64,000 nt of DNA, from NCBI RefSeq assembly GCF_006345805.1, contig NW_021835233.1, forward strand, positions 124,001 through 188,000. The letters run 5' to 3'. The position numbers and the translations under genes are program-made. Source of the DNA: Octopus sinensis (taxonomy: Eukaryota). The notes beneath the pieces are model-generated. The model saw nothing but the letters and a program-made list of their open reading frames with translations. It was not told where the DNA came from and ran no database searches. This document shows positions 11,610-25,577 of the stretch, piece by piece. Each line of letters opens with the position of its first letter. The first letter of the stretch is position 1.

Positions 11610-12896
11610 CGAGGGGCGTTCAATAAGTAATGCCCCTGATCCACTTCCCATAGCAGTAGAGCAACGAAACTTGGCACAGTTATTAGTCTTTTTCTACATA
11701 GGAACAACCCAGAGTTACGCGTTTCTCGCATCGTTTGATGCAGCTCTGGAGACCGTTTTCGTAGAAGACCCGAGCTTGGTCCTCCAACCACGACGTGACT
11801 TCAGAAATCAAGGCTGCATCATCTGGGAAACGCTTTCCTTTCAAAAACAACTTCATGGTTGGGAAGAGGTGAAAATCAGAGGATGAAAGGTCAGGAGAGT
11901 AGAGGGATGGGGTAATAGTTCATAGCCGCACGCCTGTGCTTCTGATCTGGCGACACGCGAGTTGTGGACCGGAGCGTTGTCCTGCAAGAGGAGGATGCCT
12001 TTGCTGATCTTGCCCCGCCTCTTGGTTTTGATAGCTTCTCTTAATTTCCTCAAAGGTGAAGCATGATAGGCTCCTGTAATTGCGGTACCCTTTGCCAGGA
12101 AATCTGTCATCACTAGTCCGTCCTGGTCCCAGAAGACTGTAAGCATGACCTTGCCAGCGGAGGGCTGCACCCTTGCCTTCTTTGGAGGAGGTGAGTCATG
12201 GTGCTTCCACTGCATTGACTGGGTTTGGTCTCTGGAACATAGTGATGGACCCAGGTCTCATCCTGTGTAATCAGTCTTTTGAAAAATTTTGACTCATCTT
12301 CTTGGCACATCCCTAAATTCATCCTCGAGCACTCGACGCGTTCTTGCTTCTGGAAAAGTGTGAGCAACCTGGGAATCTATCTGGCAGACACCTTTTGCAT
12401 ATGCAAATGGTCATGAATGATAGTTTCCACAGACCCAGTACTAATCTTGACCTCATGGGCTATTTGGCGAATAGTTATGCGTCGATCATTCAAAATGGCA
12501 GCCTCAACTTGACGGACAGATGCCTCATCAATGGCAGAAGAGGTGCGACCAGATCTGGAAGCAGTTTCCACAGAGTTCCGACCATGTTTGAATTCAAGAT
12601 GCCAGCGTTTTACAAGATCATATGATGGGGCATCATCACCATAAGTTACTTTCATTTCATCAAAAGTCCCCTGTGGTGTGCGTCATTTCAAATACAAAAA
12701 CCGGATCACTGCTGGACACTCAGGCTCCATTTCCCACTTGACTCATTTAAACACCTGTAAATCAGAAACCACAATTAGTTCGGAGCTGTAATTTGCCACG
12801 TAATCTATAGAAATATAAATAATTGCACATGCAAAGTTTCAGCTAGATCAATCAACGGCAAGTGGGTCAGAGGCATTACTTATTGAACGCCCCTCG
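11610..12896 (-). mobile_element. Full-length mariner (Tc1/mariner, DD34D) transposon, 1287 bp
   Basis: TIRs CGAGGGGCGTTCAATAAGTAATGCC at both ends; TA target-site duplications at 11608-11609 and 12897-12898. Confidence 0.95.
11683..12730 (-). pseudogene. Disrupted mariner transposase
   Basis: HTH region (RWHLEFKHGR...DRRITIRQIA), then ITQDETWVHHY, GKVMLTVFWD, LLQDNAPVH and a frameshifted YSPDL motif. Broken by stops (one at the WVPRLL-equivalent) and frameshifts. Confidence 0.92.
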
Positions 12897-14026
12897 TACA
12901 TACATATACTCTTTTACTCTTTACTCTTTTACTTGTTTCAGTCATTTGACTGCGGCCATGCTGGAGCACCGCCTTTAGTCGATCAAATCGATCCCGGGAC
13001 TTATTCTTTGTAAGCCTAGTACTTATTCTATCGGTCTCTTTTGCCGAACCACTAAGTGACGGGGACGTAAACACACCAGCATCGGTTGTCAAGCAATGCT
13101 AGGAGGACAAACCCCCCCCCCACACACACACATACACACACACATATATATATATATACATATATACGACAGGCTTCTTTCAGTTTCCGTCTACCAAACC
13201 CACTCACAAAGCATTGGTCGGCCCGAGGCTATAGTAGAAGACACTGGCTCAAGATGCCACGCAGTGGGACTGAACCCGCAACCATGTGGTTGGTTAGCAA
13301 GCTACTTACCACACAGCCACTCCTGCGCCTATGAATTTATTCATTAAGACAAAATGAGAAAATTCTTCGTTAGCATTGTCATTTATTGCTGATTCATGGC
13401 CAGATGTCTTGCAACATTTTTACCAATTGAATTCTTCAAATAAATGTAAAATTTGCATAGCAGACTTGTTGTAGGCGATCACAATTAATACAAGACATCG
13501 TTTGTTTTTAGAATATTTCTTAAAATCCTGTTTCACTCAGAACAGAGACAATTTAATTATTCTTGATGTCATTTTTTTTCTTCTTGTTTTTCCTTTTTTT
13601 TTAAAACTTTATTTAATTTTATTTATTCAAAAAAATTACTTTTTCTTGCTGATTTAGAATTTGCATGAATTTGTGGAAATCGATTTTAGATTGTTGAAAG
13701 AAAATTTAATGTTATGACTATAATTTCTTTAAAACACCTGAGAACAAAAAAATTTGAAATAAAAAAAAAATGTCTTTTTTTTGTTGTTTTCTTGTCAATC
13801 ATTTCATATAGAGTTGATTGAGAAATAGCTTGACAGAAATATTCTATGCTGATTGGAGGTGTGTTAAAGACACAGGTTGACCACCTTACACGCAGGTGTA
13901 CATCATATGCTGACGCAAGCTAATTAAGGCACTTTTATGTGTTTGCTTGACTTGCAAGAAATAGCAGCCAAATTTCCCTCCATGTACACTCTTGCTTCTT
14001 TATAGAAATAAACGATACTTTGGATG

Positions 14027-14675
14027 AGACCCCTAGCGGTTGAAGGAATCTGTGGAAGAGGTAGACCCAGGAAGACCTGGGATGTAGTGGTGAAGCATGA
14101 CCTTCGAACATTAGGTCTCACCAAGGCAATGACTAGTGACTGAGACCTTTGGAAATATGCTGTGCTTGAGAAGACCTGGCAAGCCAAGTGAGACCATAAC
14201 CCATGGCCTATGCCAGTGGTGTAACCAGCCTACTTATGCATACCTTTCCTTCATTGGACACTAAACTCTGCTTGCGAAGACCTGTTGAGGCAAGTGAATT
14301 CGAAATCAAATACAATGACTGACATCCATGCTAGTGGAGCGCTAAGAGCACCATATGAGCGTGATCGTTGCCAGAGCAGCAAACTGGCTTCTGTGCCAGT
14401 CACACATAAAAAGCATTATTCAAGTGTAATGGTTACCAGCTTCGCCTTACTGGCACTTGTGCTGGTGTCTTGTGAAAAAACATTTGAGCGAGGTTGTTGC
14501 CAATGCCACTGGACTGGCTCCTGTGCAGGTGGCACATAAAAAACACCACTTGAGCGTGGCTGTTTTCAGTACCCCCTGACTAGCCCTCATGCCGGTGGCA
14601 CATAAAAGCACCCACTACACTCTTGAAGTGGTTGGCTTTATTAAGAGCATCCGGCTGTAGAAACGCTGCCACAAT
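14027..14675 (+). mobile_element. RTE-clade LINE 3' fragment: ORF C-terminus plus 3' UTR
   Basis: Translates RPLAVEGICGRGRPRKTWDVVVKHDLRTLGLTKAMTSD*DLWKYAVLEKT, the RTE C-terminal GRPRKTW motif. It continues into the GCCGGTGGCACATAAAAGCACC repeat-rich UTR seen throughout the window. Confidence 0.8.
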
Positions 14676-14720
14676 ATACATGTGAAAGAAGCTTTTATGT
14701 TGAAAACGGTGACACTGTTA

Positions 14721-14953
14721 GAGATACCTATTTCTTTACTACCTACAAGGGGCTAAACACAGAGAGGACAAACAAGGACAGGCATAGGGATTAAGTCGAT
14801 TACATTGACCCCAGTGCATAACTGGTACTTAATTTATTGACCCCGAAAGGATGAAAGGCAAAGTCGACCTCGGCGGAATTTGAACTCAGAACATAATGAC
14901 AGACGAAATACGGCTACGCATTTCGCCTGGCGTGCTAACGTTTCTGCCAGCTC
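14721..14953 (-). mobile_element. Monomeric Deu/Nin-like tRNA SINE (another at 43418-43647)
   Basis: Full head GAGCTGGCAGAAACGTTAGCACGCCAGGCGAAATGCGTAGCCGTATTTCG...GAGTTCAAATTCC through the 3' end AAAGAAATAGGTATCTC. Confidence 0.85.
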
Positions 14954-15235
14954 CATGTGATATATCTGTATCTTCCATCTCACAAGCTCACTTCAAAATA
15001 GTTCTAAGAATTCAGAATTTATGACCACACAGCAGTCTCTTGTTCTTTATGGTACAAATAACAAACAACCAGCACATTTTTTTATAGCAATTTTTTTCTC
15101 TCCTTTTCATTTTGCTTTTCTTTTTTTCTTTTTTTTGGTATTTTTGCCACGCTGACTTGTGAAAATTAGTGTCTTTTATTGTCATCTTCCATAAATGTTG
15201 GTTTATCTTAGTTTTTACTTCTGTTGCCTTTCTAG

Positions 15236-15374
15236 GTTACTGGAAGCGAAGAAGGAAACATACGGTTCTACCAAGTTTCAATGTCCACAATTCATGGCTT
15301 ATACAAGGATCGATACGCATACAGAGAAAACATGACGGATGTTATTATTCAAAATCTTATAACAAATGAAAGAG
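15236..15374 (+). CDS. IFT122: IFT122 internal exon ([46 protein letters not shown])
   Basis: ttctag acceptor and gtaaat donor; 139 nt, phase 0/1. Contains the IFT122 signature [18 protein letters not shown]. Confidence 0.97.
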
Positions 15375-16518
15375 GTAAATAGCATATGTATATATGTGTG
15401 TGTGTATGTGTATATATATATATATATATATATCATCATCATCATCATCATCATCATCATTTAATGTCTGTTTTCCATGCTAACATGGGTTGGACGGTTC
15501 GACCGGGGTCTGGTAAGCCATGGAGGCTGCACCAGGCTCTAGTCTGATTTGGCAGTGTTTCTACAGCTGGATGCCCTTCCTAACGCCAACCACTCCGTGA
15601 GTGTAATGGGTGTTTTTTTACGTGCCACCGGCACAGGGGCCAGAGCAGGCTGGCAAACGGCCACGATCGGTCGGTGCTTTTATGCGTCACCGACACGGAC
15701 GCCAGTCAGGCGGCACTGGCATCTGCCACATTCGGATGGTGCTTTTTACGTGTCACCGGCATGGGTGATGAGGATCATGATGCTGATGAATGACATTGAG
15801 TGTGTAGCTGTTGACAGTGGCATGATGATGAATGTTTTTGACTTGTAAAAATCATTATCAATATGGCATTGTATAGTATTGCGCCCTCCTTGCATATATC
15901 AGTGGGCCATGCAGTATCACTAATCTCAATCTGAGCATAGGTACCTAATGTTAGCTCCATATAGAGATGGTGTTCAATTGATTTATGAGAATGGTGGTGG
16001 GGGAGATTGTGGTACTTATGTGAGACCTGCTATGCTGTACTCACAGAGTGACATACACCATTCTATGCCTGACTGGCTGTACTGTAGTAGTAGTACACAG
16101 TAAGTGGATTTTCAAGGTGAGCTCTAATTGGCTGTATGCAAATGAATTCATTACTGGGGTCCGGAACTCTGGTGGAAAAAAATTTCATGGCCTGGCCAAC
16201 TCAAATTACATAGAGGGCCTCTTTAATCACAGAAAGTTTTTTGAGGGCTGCTTGTATACTGACAGAATTGAAAGTATTTTGCTCTCCCATGCTATTATTA
16301 CAATAATGAATGAATGATCGTTGATTCAACATGAAATATCATTCCAAAACAGTAGTATCTTTCTTTTTTTTACTTTTCTTTAATTTTTGATAAAATTTTT
16401 AAATGTTTGTTTAGATAAACCCATTTCAAGAAAGTATCAAGAGGGCTGCAAGATAAAAGTCTGTGGTCTGCATGCCCTGTTCTCAGCTTAAACTCATGAG
16501 CTGTTCAAAATCACTGTT

Positions 16519-16559
<41 letters not shown>

Positions 16560-16769
16560 AATATAAATAAAAATATAAATATGTATATATATATGTGTAT
16601 ATATATATGTATATACATGTATATATATATGTATATGTATGTATGTATGTATATATATGTATATATATATATATATATGTATATATATGTGTGTATATAT
16701 ATGTATTTACATGTATATATATGTATATATATATGTGTGTATATATATATGTATTTACATGTATATATA

Positions 16770-16820
<51 letters not shown>

Positions 16821-17728
16821 CTATATATATGTATGTATATATATGTATACATATGTGTGTGTGTATATGTATATATGTATATATATAAATATAAAAATAT
16901 TTATATATTTTACATTCTCTCTCTCTGTGTCTGTCTGTCTGTCTCTCTCTATATATATATATTTGTGTATAACGGATGTTAAAAGATGATGATATATATA
17001 TATTTATACATATATATATATTTATACATATATATATGTGTATATATGTATATGTGTGTATATGTATATATTTTATATTCTCTGTATTTATCTATGCATT
17101 GTTTTGCTAAAATTTATTTTCATTGTTGATTTTATTTTATTATTTTTTTTCTTCTTTTATAATTCCATTGTGAAAGATATTATAGTTTTAAATAGTCATG
17201 AAAAGAAATTCTTTTTTGGTTTTGTTTTGTTTTGTTTCTAATGTATAATTGTATTTTGTAGAAAAATCACAAAAATTCTTTGTCGTCTGTTGGTTTATTA
17301 ACTCTTGTAGAACTAAATTCGTTATGAAATTACTTAGAAGAGAACAACCATTTCTCTATATTTCTTCCAAAGTTATAAGTAGGTACTTTAGTAATTTATT
17401 GGTTCACAAATCTTTGACGTTTCTGGTTTTCCCATTTTGCAGCACGTTCTTCTTGTCTTATTCCTCATCATCATCAATTCTCTCATTATCATTGTTGTCA
17501 TCATCATCATTGTCATCAGTGTCATTATCCTTTTCATCACCAGTGTCTGTCGCCATCATCAACAATGTTTTCGTCTTCTTCATCATCAGTGTGTTGTCAT
17601 CATCATCAGTGTCATCATCATCTTCATCATCAGTGTCTGTCATCATCAAGAATGTCATCGTCCTCTTCATCATCAGTGTCTGTCATCATCAAGAATGTCA
17701 TCGTCCTCTTCATCATCATCAGTGTCTG

Positions 17729-17767
<39 letters not shown>

Positions 17768-18451
17768 GTGTCATCGTCCTCTTCATCATCAGGGCCTGTC
17801 ATCACCATCATCATCAGTGTCATCATCATCATCATCATCATTATCAAGGTAACGAGCTGGAAGAATCATTAGTACGCCAGGTGAAATGCTTAGCGGTATT
17901 TTGTCTGCCTTTTATGTTCAGAGTTCAAATTCTGCTGTGGTTAACTTTCAGGGTTGATAAATTAAGTACCAGTTACGTACTGGTGTTGATCTAATCGATT
18001 ACCACCCCATTCCCCGAAATTTCAGTCCTTGTGCCTATAGTAGAAAGGATTATTATCATCAGTGTCATCATCATCATTATCATCATTGTTGTCATTATCA
18101 TCATCACCATCATCATTACCACTATCATCATCATCATCATCATCATCAACATCAATGTCTTTCTCACTCTCAGAAAAGAGGAATGACTTAAAAGGAAATA
18201 ATTGAGGCAAGAGTTTTATAGCTGGATGCTCTTCCTGTTGGCAACCTTTACCTAATTTTGTAATGAAAGATCTTTGAGATGGGGAACTCACACATGCACA
18301 CACACAAATACATACACACATACAAATACACACATGCACATATGAACTTGATATAGGCTTCGTTTTATTTCTGACTAACAAATTTCCTCATTATAAAGTA
18401 GACAGTACTGTGCCATGGGACTGAACTTAAAGCCATGAGGTTGATAAGCAA

Positions 18452-18842
18452 ACTTCTTAACCACAGAGCCATGGCTGCACATGTACCTCTCCCAGCATGC
18501 ATTGTGCATGAAATATTAGATGGCATTACCAGTTGCTCTTATTGTATTTCACATATGTAGCGATCACTTCTTAACCACAGAGCCATGCCTTCACATGTAT
18601 CTTTCCCAGCATGCATTATACATGAAATATTAAATGGCATTACCAGTTGATCTTATTTTATTTCACACATGTAGCGATCGATCACTTCTTAAACACAGAA
18701 CCATGCCTGCACATGTATCTCTCCCAGCGTGCATGGTACATGAAATATTAGATGACATTACCAGTTGATCTTATTTTATTTCACACATGTAGCGATCACT
18801 TCTTAACCACAGAGCCATGCCTGCACATGTATCTCTCCCATG
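18452..18842. repeat. Tandem repeat, 114-118-bp unit, about 3.4 copies, containing a SINE 5' end
   Basis: acttcttaaccacagagccatg recurs (one copy as acttcttaaacacagaaccatg) at 18452, 18566, 18684 and 18798. Confidence 0.9.
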
Positions 18843-19977
18843 TATCTTCCACATGTAGTGATAACTGTTTCAGTGTTCTCTCGCTTTATTTGCAATCAGT
18901 TAAGCTTTACGTTCGCAAGTTGTAACTTTTTAAACAAAATGTCTAAATAAAATGAAGAAACGAAAGAATAAAAGACGAGGAAGAAAAATAGTTTCTTTCG
19001 TTCTTAGTTGTGGATAATTCAGTAACTGAAACAGTGAATGATTTCAGTAGAAAAGCAGCGAATTGATCAGAATAAATGATGGCCAGTTTGCTGTTACTAT
19101 TCGCTGATCAAATTTTAAATCTTTCCATGTTTAACGAGCATAAATGATCATGTCTGGCAAGGTAGAAATTGAGAGTTGCTTCTAGTGCCCACATATCAAC
19201 TTCACCGATGTTTATTGGATCCAGCAACAACAATAACCAGTAAAGACGCCTTCTTCCAACGGATTCATTTATTTTGTTTATGATATTGTTGTTGTTTTTG
19301 TTTTTATTTAGATCAGTGGTTAGTGCTATTTGTTTCTCCCGCCGCTCTTTCTCACAGAATGAATCTAGTAACATTAAATTGCCTTGTTTTAGGCAGGATT
19401 CTAATCTAATGAAGATACAAACTAACAGCTCATTGCCCACATGCGAAACACTTCAGCCAATTAACTATAGTTTCTCATATATATATAACCAACATTCTAG
19501 ATAAAAGAGATTTGGTCTTAAAGGTCAGCTGGTGTGACATTGAACTAGAGTAAAAATTTTATGTGTTGTAGTTTAAAGGTATAATTTCAGAGTTCTTAAA
19601 TCAGTATTCTGCTTCTGTACCAAAATTAGGAAAGTTGTGCAATTCTCAACCAATTGCGATTTCTATTATTGCATCATCAGAAAAGTTGGTGAGCTGGCAG
19701 AATCATTAGCAGACTGGATAAAATGCTTAACAGCATTTCTTCCAACTTGGCAGTCTGGGTTCAAATCTTGCTGAGGTCCACTTTCTCTTCTTTTTTTTTC
19801 TTTTGGGGCCTGTAAAATAAATAAGTATCAGTTGAGAAATGGGGTTTGATGTAATCAACAATCCTCTTCCTTTACAAAAATTGCTGCTCTTGTACGTACC
19901 AAAATTTGAAACCATAATCCCACCAAGGTCAACACACACAGACACACAGACACACAGACACACAGACACACACACAC

Positions 19978-20019
<42 letters not shown>

Positions 20020-21414
20020 GGGCTTCTTTCGGTTTCCATCTCCCAATTTCATTCACTGACTATAGTAGAAAGCACTTGCCCAAGGTGCCACGCAGTGAGA
20101 CTGAACCTGGAACCATGTGGTTTGGGAAGCAAACTTCTTACCACACAGCCACACCTGTGCCTATGGTCAGTTTAATGGCTAATGGTTTAGCTTTCTTGTG
20201 GGCACAGTCTACAAGAATTTTTGCATCTTAAAATCACAGAATACCATGTTTGATGGCTCTGCTTGCCATCTTGGGCAAATGTTGCTTTCTGTAGCCTCTT
20301 ATTTTGTCAGACCTTGTAAATTAAGTTCGGTACCCAGATGGAAACTGCATAGAAGCCTTTTGGATGGATTGTGCTCTATAATTATCATAGTTTGTGTCAT
20401 GCTGATCCCATCTGAGAATTAAGGGTATGCGTGTCTGTGGAATACTCAACCACTTACATGTTGATTCAGGAGGAAGTTGTTCAGTTGATTGACCGATTGA
20501 ATCCTCATTGGAGCGACCAGAAATCCACCACCACCACCACCACCACCTCATCAGTGTTGCTACTACCATTACATAAACATTACCACCACCTGAACACCAC
20601 CTCAACATCACCACCACTACCACTTGAACACCACCACAACACCAACACTACCATCATCAACACCACCACTTGAACACCACCACAACTCCAACACCACCAT
20701 CGTCAACACCACCACCACCACCACCACATCACCACCACCATCAACGCCACCACCACCTCATCAATGCTGCTACTACCATTACATAAACACCACCACCAGT
20801 TGAACACCCCCACAACATCACCACCACCATCATCAACAGCACCACAAGCACCACCACACCACCACCACCGCCACCACCACCACCACCACCACCACCACCA
20901 CCACCACCACCACCACCACCACCACCACCACCTCCACATGGACATTTCTATTCAGTTTCTTCTCCTCTTCACTCCGCATGTATATTTCGATCACTTTAAT
21001 TTCAATTTGAACTTCTCCCAATCTAAACAGCAATCACAAAATCAATAATCCAGGCCATTATCACAGCTACTTGCTTTTTTTTTTTTTAAATCTTTTTTCC
21101 CCCATCCTTTTTATATTGTCTTATTCCCTAGCAGACCCATTTCTACCCTGCATTTATTCAGTGTTCAAGACTTTTGATAGATTCCAATCAAATATATATT
21201 GGCCTGTTAGATTCATCCATCCTTCATGTAAAACGATAAAACAGTTGAAAAGAAGGAAAAATATTTTTACTTAGAGATTAATGTTTAACAATTTATCTGT
21301 TTCTTTTTATTTTTGCTTTTTTGCTTTTTGCTTTTTGTTGTCTCTCCAACTTTATTTATTTTTTTTTTTCAGAAAAAAATTTTTATAAGTTTTGTTGTTT
21401 TTCTCTCTTTGCAG

Positions 21415-21473
21415 TGAGAATTAAATGCCGTGATGCAGTGAAAAAAATTGCCGTTTATCACCAGAGACTAGCT
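21415..21473 (+). CDS. IFT122: IFT122 internal exon ((V)RIKCRDAVKKIAVYHQRLA)
   Basis: Polypyrimidine tract plus gcag acceptor, gtgagt donor; 59 nt, phase 1/0, compatible with both neighbours. Matches [20 protein letters not shown]. Confidence 0.95.
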
Positions 21474-23519
21474 GTGAGTTTGACCTTTTTAGATAACTGA
21501 GCCGATATTTTGTAAATGGAATAGCATAAGGCGCTATGTTTATTGAATTTAACGACGCCAGTTTTGTCAACGATGTGTGTTTCTATTGCTTGATAATTTA
21601 GCTTTGTGTTTTAGGGAAGTATGGTATTTTATCTGCATCCAGGAAATGCATCAATTTACCAGCATTACTGCACAAAGGAATGGCTTTCTTACAGAACTAT
21701 TGGATGGAATTTAAATTCTTTTATCATGGCTTTAGCAAGGTTCTGAAAATGTAATTTCTTTCTTCTAATACAACGAGGTGATAATTTTAGTTTGCATCAT
21801 CTCTCCATCTCTTTCTCTTTCTTTCTCTCTCTTTCTCTCTCTTTCTCTCTGGAGTAATGTCATTATTGGTAGATGTCTTTATTAGGAAATGAAAACTCTT
21901 TGAAAGCACAAAAGTCAATCAACCTGAATGCAATGGAGGGAACCATCAGAATCTCTCATGTGGCCTTCAAGGGAAATGATATCAGAAATAGCCTCCAGTC
22001 GTTGCTTTGGCAAAGCCAATTTTATTATGATTGTCATTGTAAGGGCTGTAAGGGTGGTGTGTGGCAGAGTGGGTAAAAACAAAAGGCGAACGCCTTGTCA
22101 TATTTGGTTTGTGTGCTTTGTGTTCCCAGTTCAAATCTAGCTGAAGTTATTGTTGTCTTTTATACATCTGCAACAAGTGGGACTCAGTAAAAAAAGAAAG
22201 TACCAGTTATGTACGAAGGTCAATTCAAGTGACTTCTCCACCAACACCAACACCACCACCACCACCAACACCACTACCACCACCACCACCACCACCACCA
22301 CCACACCACCACCACTACCACCACCGCCAAATTTGTGGCCTTTATGGTCATTGTACCATTCAAGTGTGGTCGATGCCAGTACCACCTGACTGGCCCCTGT
22401 ACCGGTGGCATGTAAAAAGCACCCGCTACACTCTCAGGGTGGTTGGCATTAGGAAGGGCATCCAGCTGTAGGAACCTTGCCAGATTAGATTGGAGCCTGA
22501 TACAGCCTTCTGACTTGCCAGTCCTCAGCCAAATGCTCAAATGGTGCTTTTTATGTGCCACCGGCATAGGAGCCAGTCACGAGGCACTGGCAGTAACCCA
22601 TGCTCCAATGGTGCTTTTTACATGCCACTGGCATGGGAGCCAGTCAAGCGGAACTGACAGTGACCACCAGGCAGCACTGGCATTGATCATACTTCAATGG
22701 TGTTTTTTATGTGCCACCAGCATGGCTGCCAGTCAGGTGGTACTGACATCAGCCATGACAATGAATTTACTTGACTCAACAGGTCTTCACAAGCACAGCT
22801 TATTGTTCCATGATGTGTTATTTTAAATTTCATTGACATAATGACCCTCCCTAAGCACAAGTTTTACTGTGATATTTTCAAATTCATCCTTTGACTGTCT
22901 TTATACCAATTTAGTAAGGCCTTTTACATATCTTTATTTCTAAAATTAGCAGCCTGTGTACTATATCATCATCATGGGGTGCTGCTGCAGCATTCACTAC
23001 CTGGTTGCTGATGAGTACATGCTACTGACAACTAACAAAACCCCCAAAGGTCAGATGCGTATCTTGCATCCCTTCCATCATTGCTGGTTAGTTTTTACCT
23101 GCTGCTGCTGATGTGTTTGTATCATTCAACACAAAGCATCCATTAGAGATACCATCTCTTGACAAATACCTCAATTAATTTAGATGTCCATGATGTATTT
23201 GCATTAAGTATGATACACAGATTACTGTTTTAATCTAATACTGCTTCTGTTGCACATAATGAGTTATTATTTTTAACTGTTAAGTTTATCATATAATATA
23301 TAACTTGGACACTGGGGTTGCAGTAATCATCTTACCCCTTTCTCCGAAATTGCTGGCCTTGTGCTAAACTTTGAAACCATCACTATCAATACTCTTATTT
23401 TCATATCCATTCTTCCATGCTGTCAAATGTTGCAAAAAATTTCTATTGCATTCATGCTAAACTGGAAAAATAATGCACAGAAAGAAAAAAAATTATTCGT
23501 TTAAATAAACATAGGCGTA

Positions 23520-23930
23520 GGAGTGGCTGTGTGGTAACTAGCTTGCTTATGAACCATGTGGTTCTGGGCTCAGTCCCACTCCATGGCAACTTGGGCAAGT
23601 GTCTTCTACTATAGCCTTGGGCCAACCAAAGCCTTGTGAGTGGATTTGGTCGACGGAAACTGAAGGAAGCCCGTCGTATATATGTATATGCACATATATA
23701 TATACATATATGTGTGTGTGTGTGTCTGTGTGTCTGTGTTTGTCCCCCCAACATCACTTGACAACCGATGCTGGTGTATGTACATCCCCGTAATCTAGCG
23801 GTTCCGCAAAAGAAACTGATAGAATAAGTAATAGGCTTACAAATAATAAGTTCTGGGGGGCGATTTGCTCGACTAAAGGCAGTGCTCCAGCATGGCTACA
23901 GTCAAATGACTGAAACAAGTAAAAGAGTAA
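23520..23930 (+). mobile_element. Complete tRNA-derived CORE-like SINE with an internal (TA)/(TG) microsatellite. Similar copies at about 4250-4940, 12910-13329(-), 25168-25525, 26835-27660, 44290-44690, 57236-57620(-)
   Basis: Head GGCTGTGTGGTAA...GGGTTCAGTCCCAC, CTTGGGCAAGTGTC block resembling the MIR/CORE box, microsatellite, then 3' half ending CCAGCATGGCCACAGTCAAATGACTGAAACAAGTAAAAGAG. Confidence 0.8.
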
Positions 23931-24282
23931 CTATTTTGCCTGAGTTTTATTTTTTTTTCCATTTCTTGTTTTATCTATTTTTTGTGTCTTTTCTATCTCT
24001 GGTGCCACATAAAAGCACCTGTGCAGTGCCATTTAGAAGCACCTGTGTGGTTCCATGTGAAAAGGCCTATGCTGTGTCACATAAAAGCACCCATGTGGTA
24101 CCACATGAAAACATGCAGCCCATTCTGTAAAGCGGTTGGCATTAGGAAGGGCATCCATTTGTAGAAACTGTGCCGAATCAGACTTGAGTCTGGTGCGGCT
24201 CCATCCAGCTTCCCAGCTCTGGTCAAACTGTCCAGTCCATGCCAGCATGGACGACAAACATAAATGATGATGATGATGATGA

Positions 24283-24664
24283 TGTTTGTTTGTTTGTTTG
24301 TTTGTTGAGCGAAGCGGTCTTCATCCCAGAGTGGGAGAAGTCCGAAACGTGGTCCTTTGCTATTCGTAAGACCCGCAGAAGAGAAAGCAGGTCAACCCCC
24401 GACACCGAGAGCATCGACAGATGGATGAATACGTATCCAGGCTCAGCGGTTGCATAGGAAGTCGGGGACAAGAAACAGGAAGGAAGAGTGAGAGAAAGTT
24501 GAAGCGAAAGAGTACAACAGGGGTCGCCACCACCCCCTGCCGGAGCCTCGTGGAGTTTTAGGTGTTTTTGCTCAATAAACACACACAACGCCTGGTCTGG
24601 GAATCGAACCCACGATCCTCCGACTGCGAGTCCGCTGCCCTAACCACTGGGCCATTGCGCCTCC
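24283..24664 (-). mobile_element. tRNA(Arg-like)-derived SINE with an (AAAC)n tail, inserted in the (GAT)n tail of an RTE end
   Basis: GGAGGCGCAATGGCCCAGTGGTTAGGGCAGCGGACTCGCAGTCGGAGGATCGTGGGTTCGATTCCCAG has intact A and B boxes; GC/CpG-rich body; (GAT)n on both sides. Confidence 0.8.
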
Positions 24665-24876
24665 ACTTGATGATGATGTCGATGTTGATGATGATGATCT
24701 CTCCTTTCTCAAACCCACTGTACAAAACATTTCACTAACTACTTTGTACCTAAAGTAATTACTACTTCCACTTCATATTTATCACTAACAATTTAATCAG
24801 TGTGAAATAATTACTGAAATGTAGTTTTGCGGTCGTTATTAGATTTTTGACTCTGATCTCTTTTTCGTCTGACCAG

Positions 24877-25020
24877 GTCCAGCTTCCTGATAAAATTGTC
24901 ATCTATGAATTGTACAGCAACGAACCTAATGATATGAGATACAAAGTAAAAGAGAAAATTAGAAAGAAAATTGATTGCAGCCTGATAGTGGTCACATCAC
25001 AGAACATTATCCTTTGTCTC
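24877..25020 (+). CDS. IFT122: IFT122 internal exon ([48 protein letters not shown])
   Basis: accag acceptor and gtaagt donor; 144 nt, phase 0/0. Matches [28 protein letters not shown]. Confidence 0.97.
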
Positions 25021-25293
25021 GTAAGTACTACAAATGTTTTTTATGCTGCATGATTTTCAATCACTTTTGGTCACTCGTTTTTATAGAATTAAACATATTT
25101 TTCTCATACTACTAGAAATTTTCTGCATCACTGCTACCGCCATCTTTCTTCAAAATCCAACATATATGCGTAGGAGTGGCTGTGTGGTAAGTAGCTTGCT
25201 AACGAATCACATGGTTCCGGGTTCTTCTAAAGCCTCGGGCTGACCAAAGCCTTGTGAGTGAATTTGGTAGATGGAAACTGAAAGAAGCCCGTC

Positions 25294-25325
<32 letters not shown>

Positions 25326-25517
25326 TTGTGTGTCTGTTTTTGTCCCCCCAACATCGCTTGACCACCGATGCTAGTGTGTTTATGTCCCCATCACTTAGCG
25401 GTTTGGCAAAAGAGACTGATAGAATAAGTACTAGGCATATAAAGAATAAGTCCCGGGGTTGATTTGCTTGACTAAAGGCAGTGCTCCAGCATGGCCACAG
25501 TCAAATGACTGAAACAA

Positions 25518-25577
<60 letters not shown>

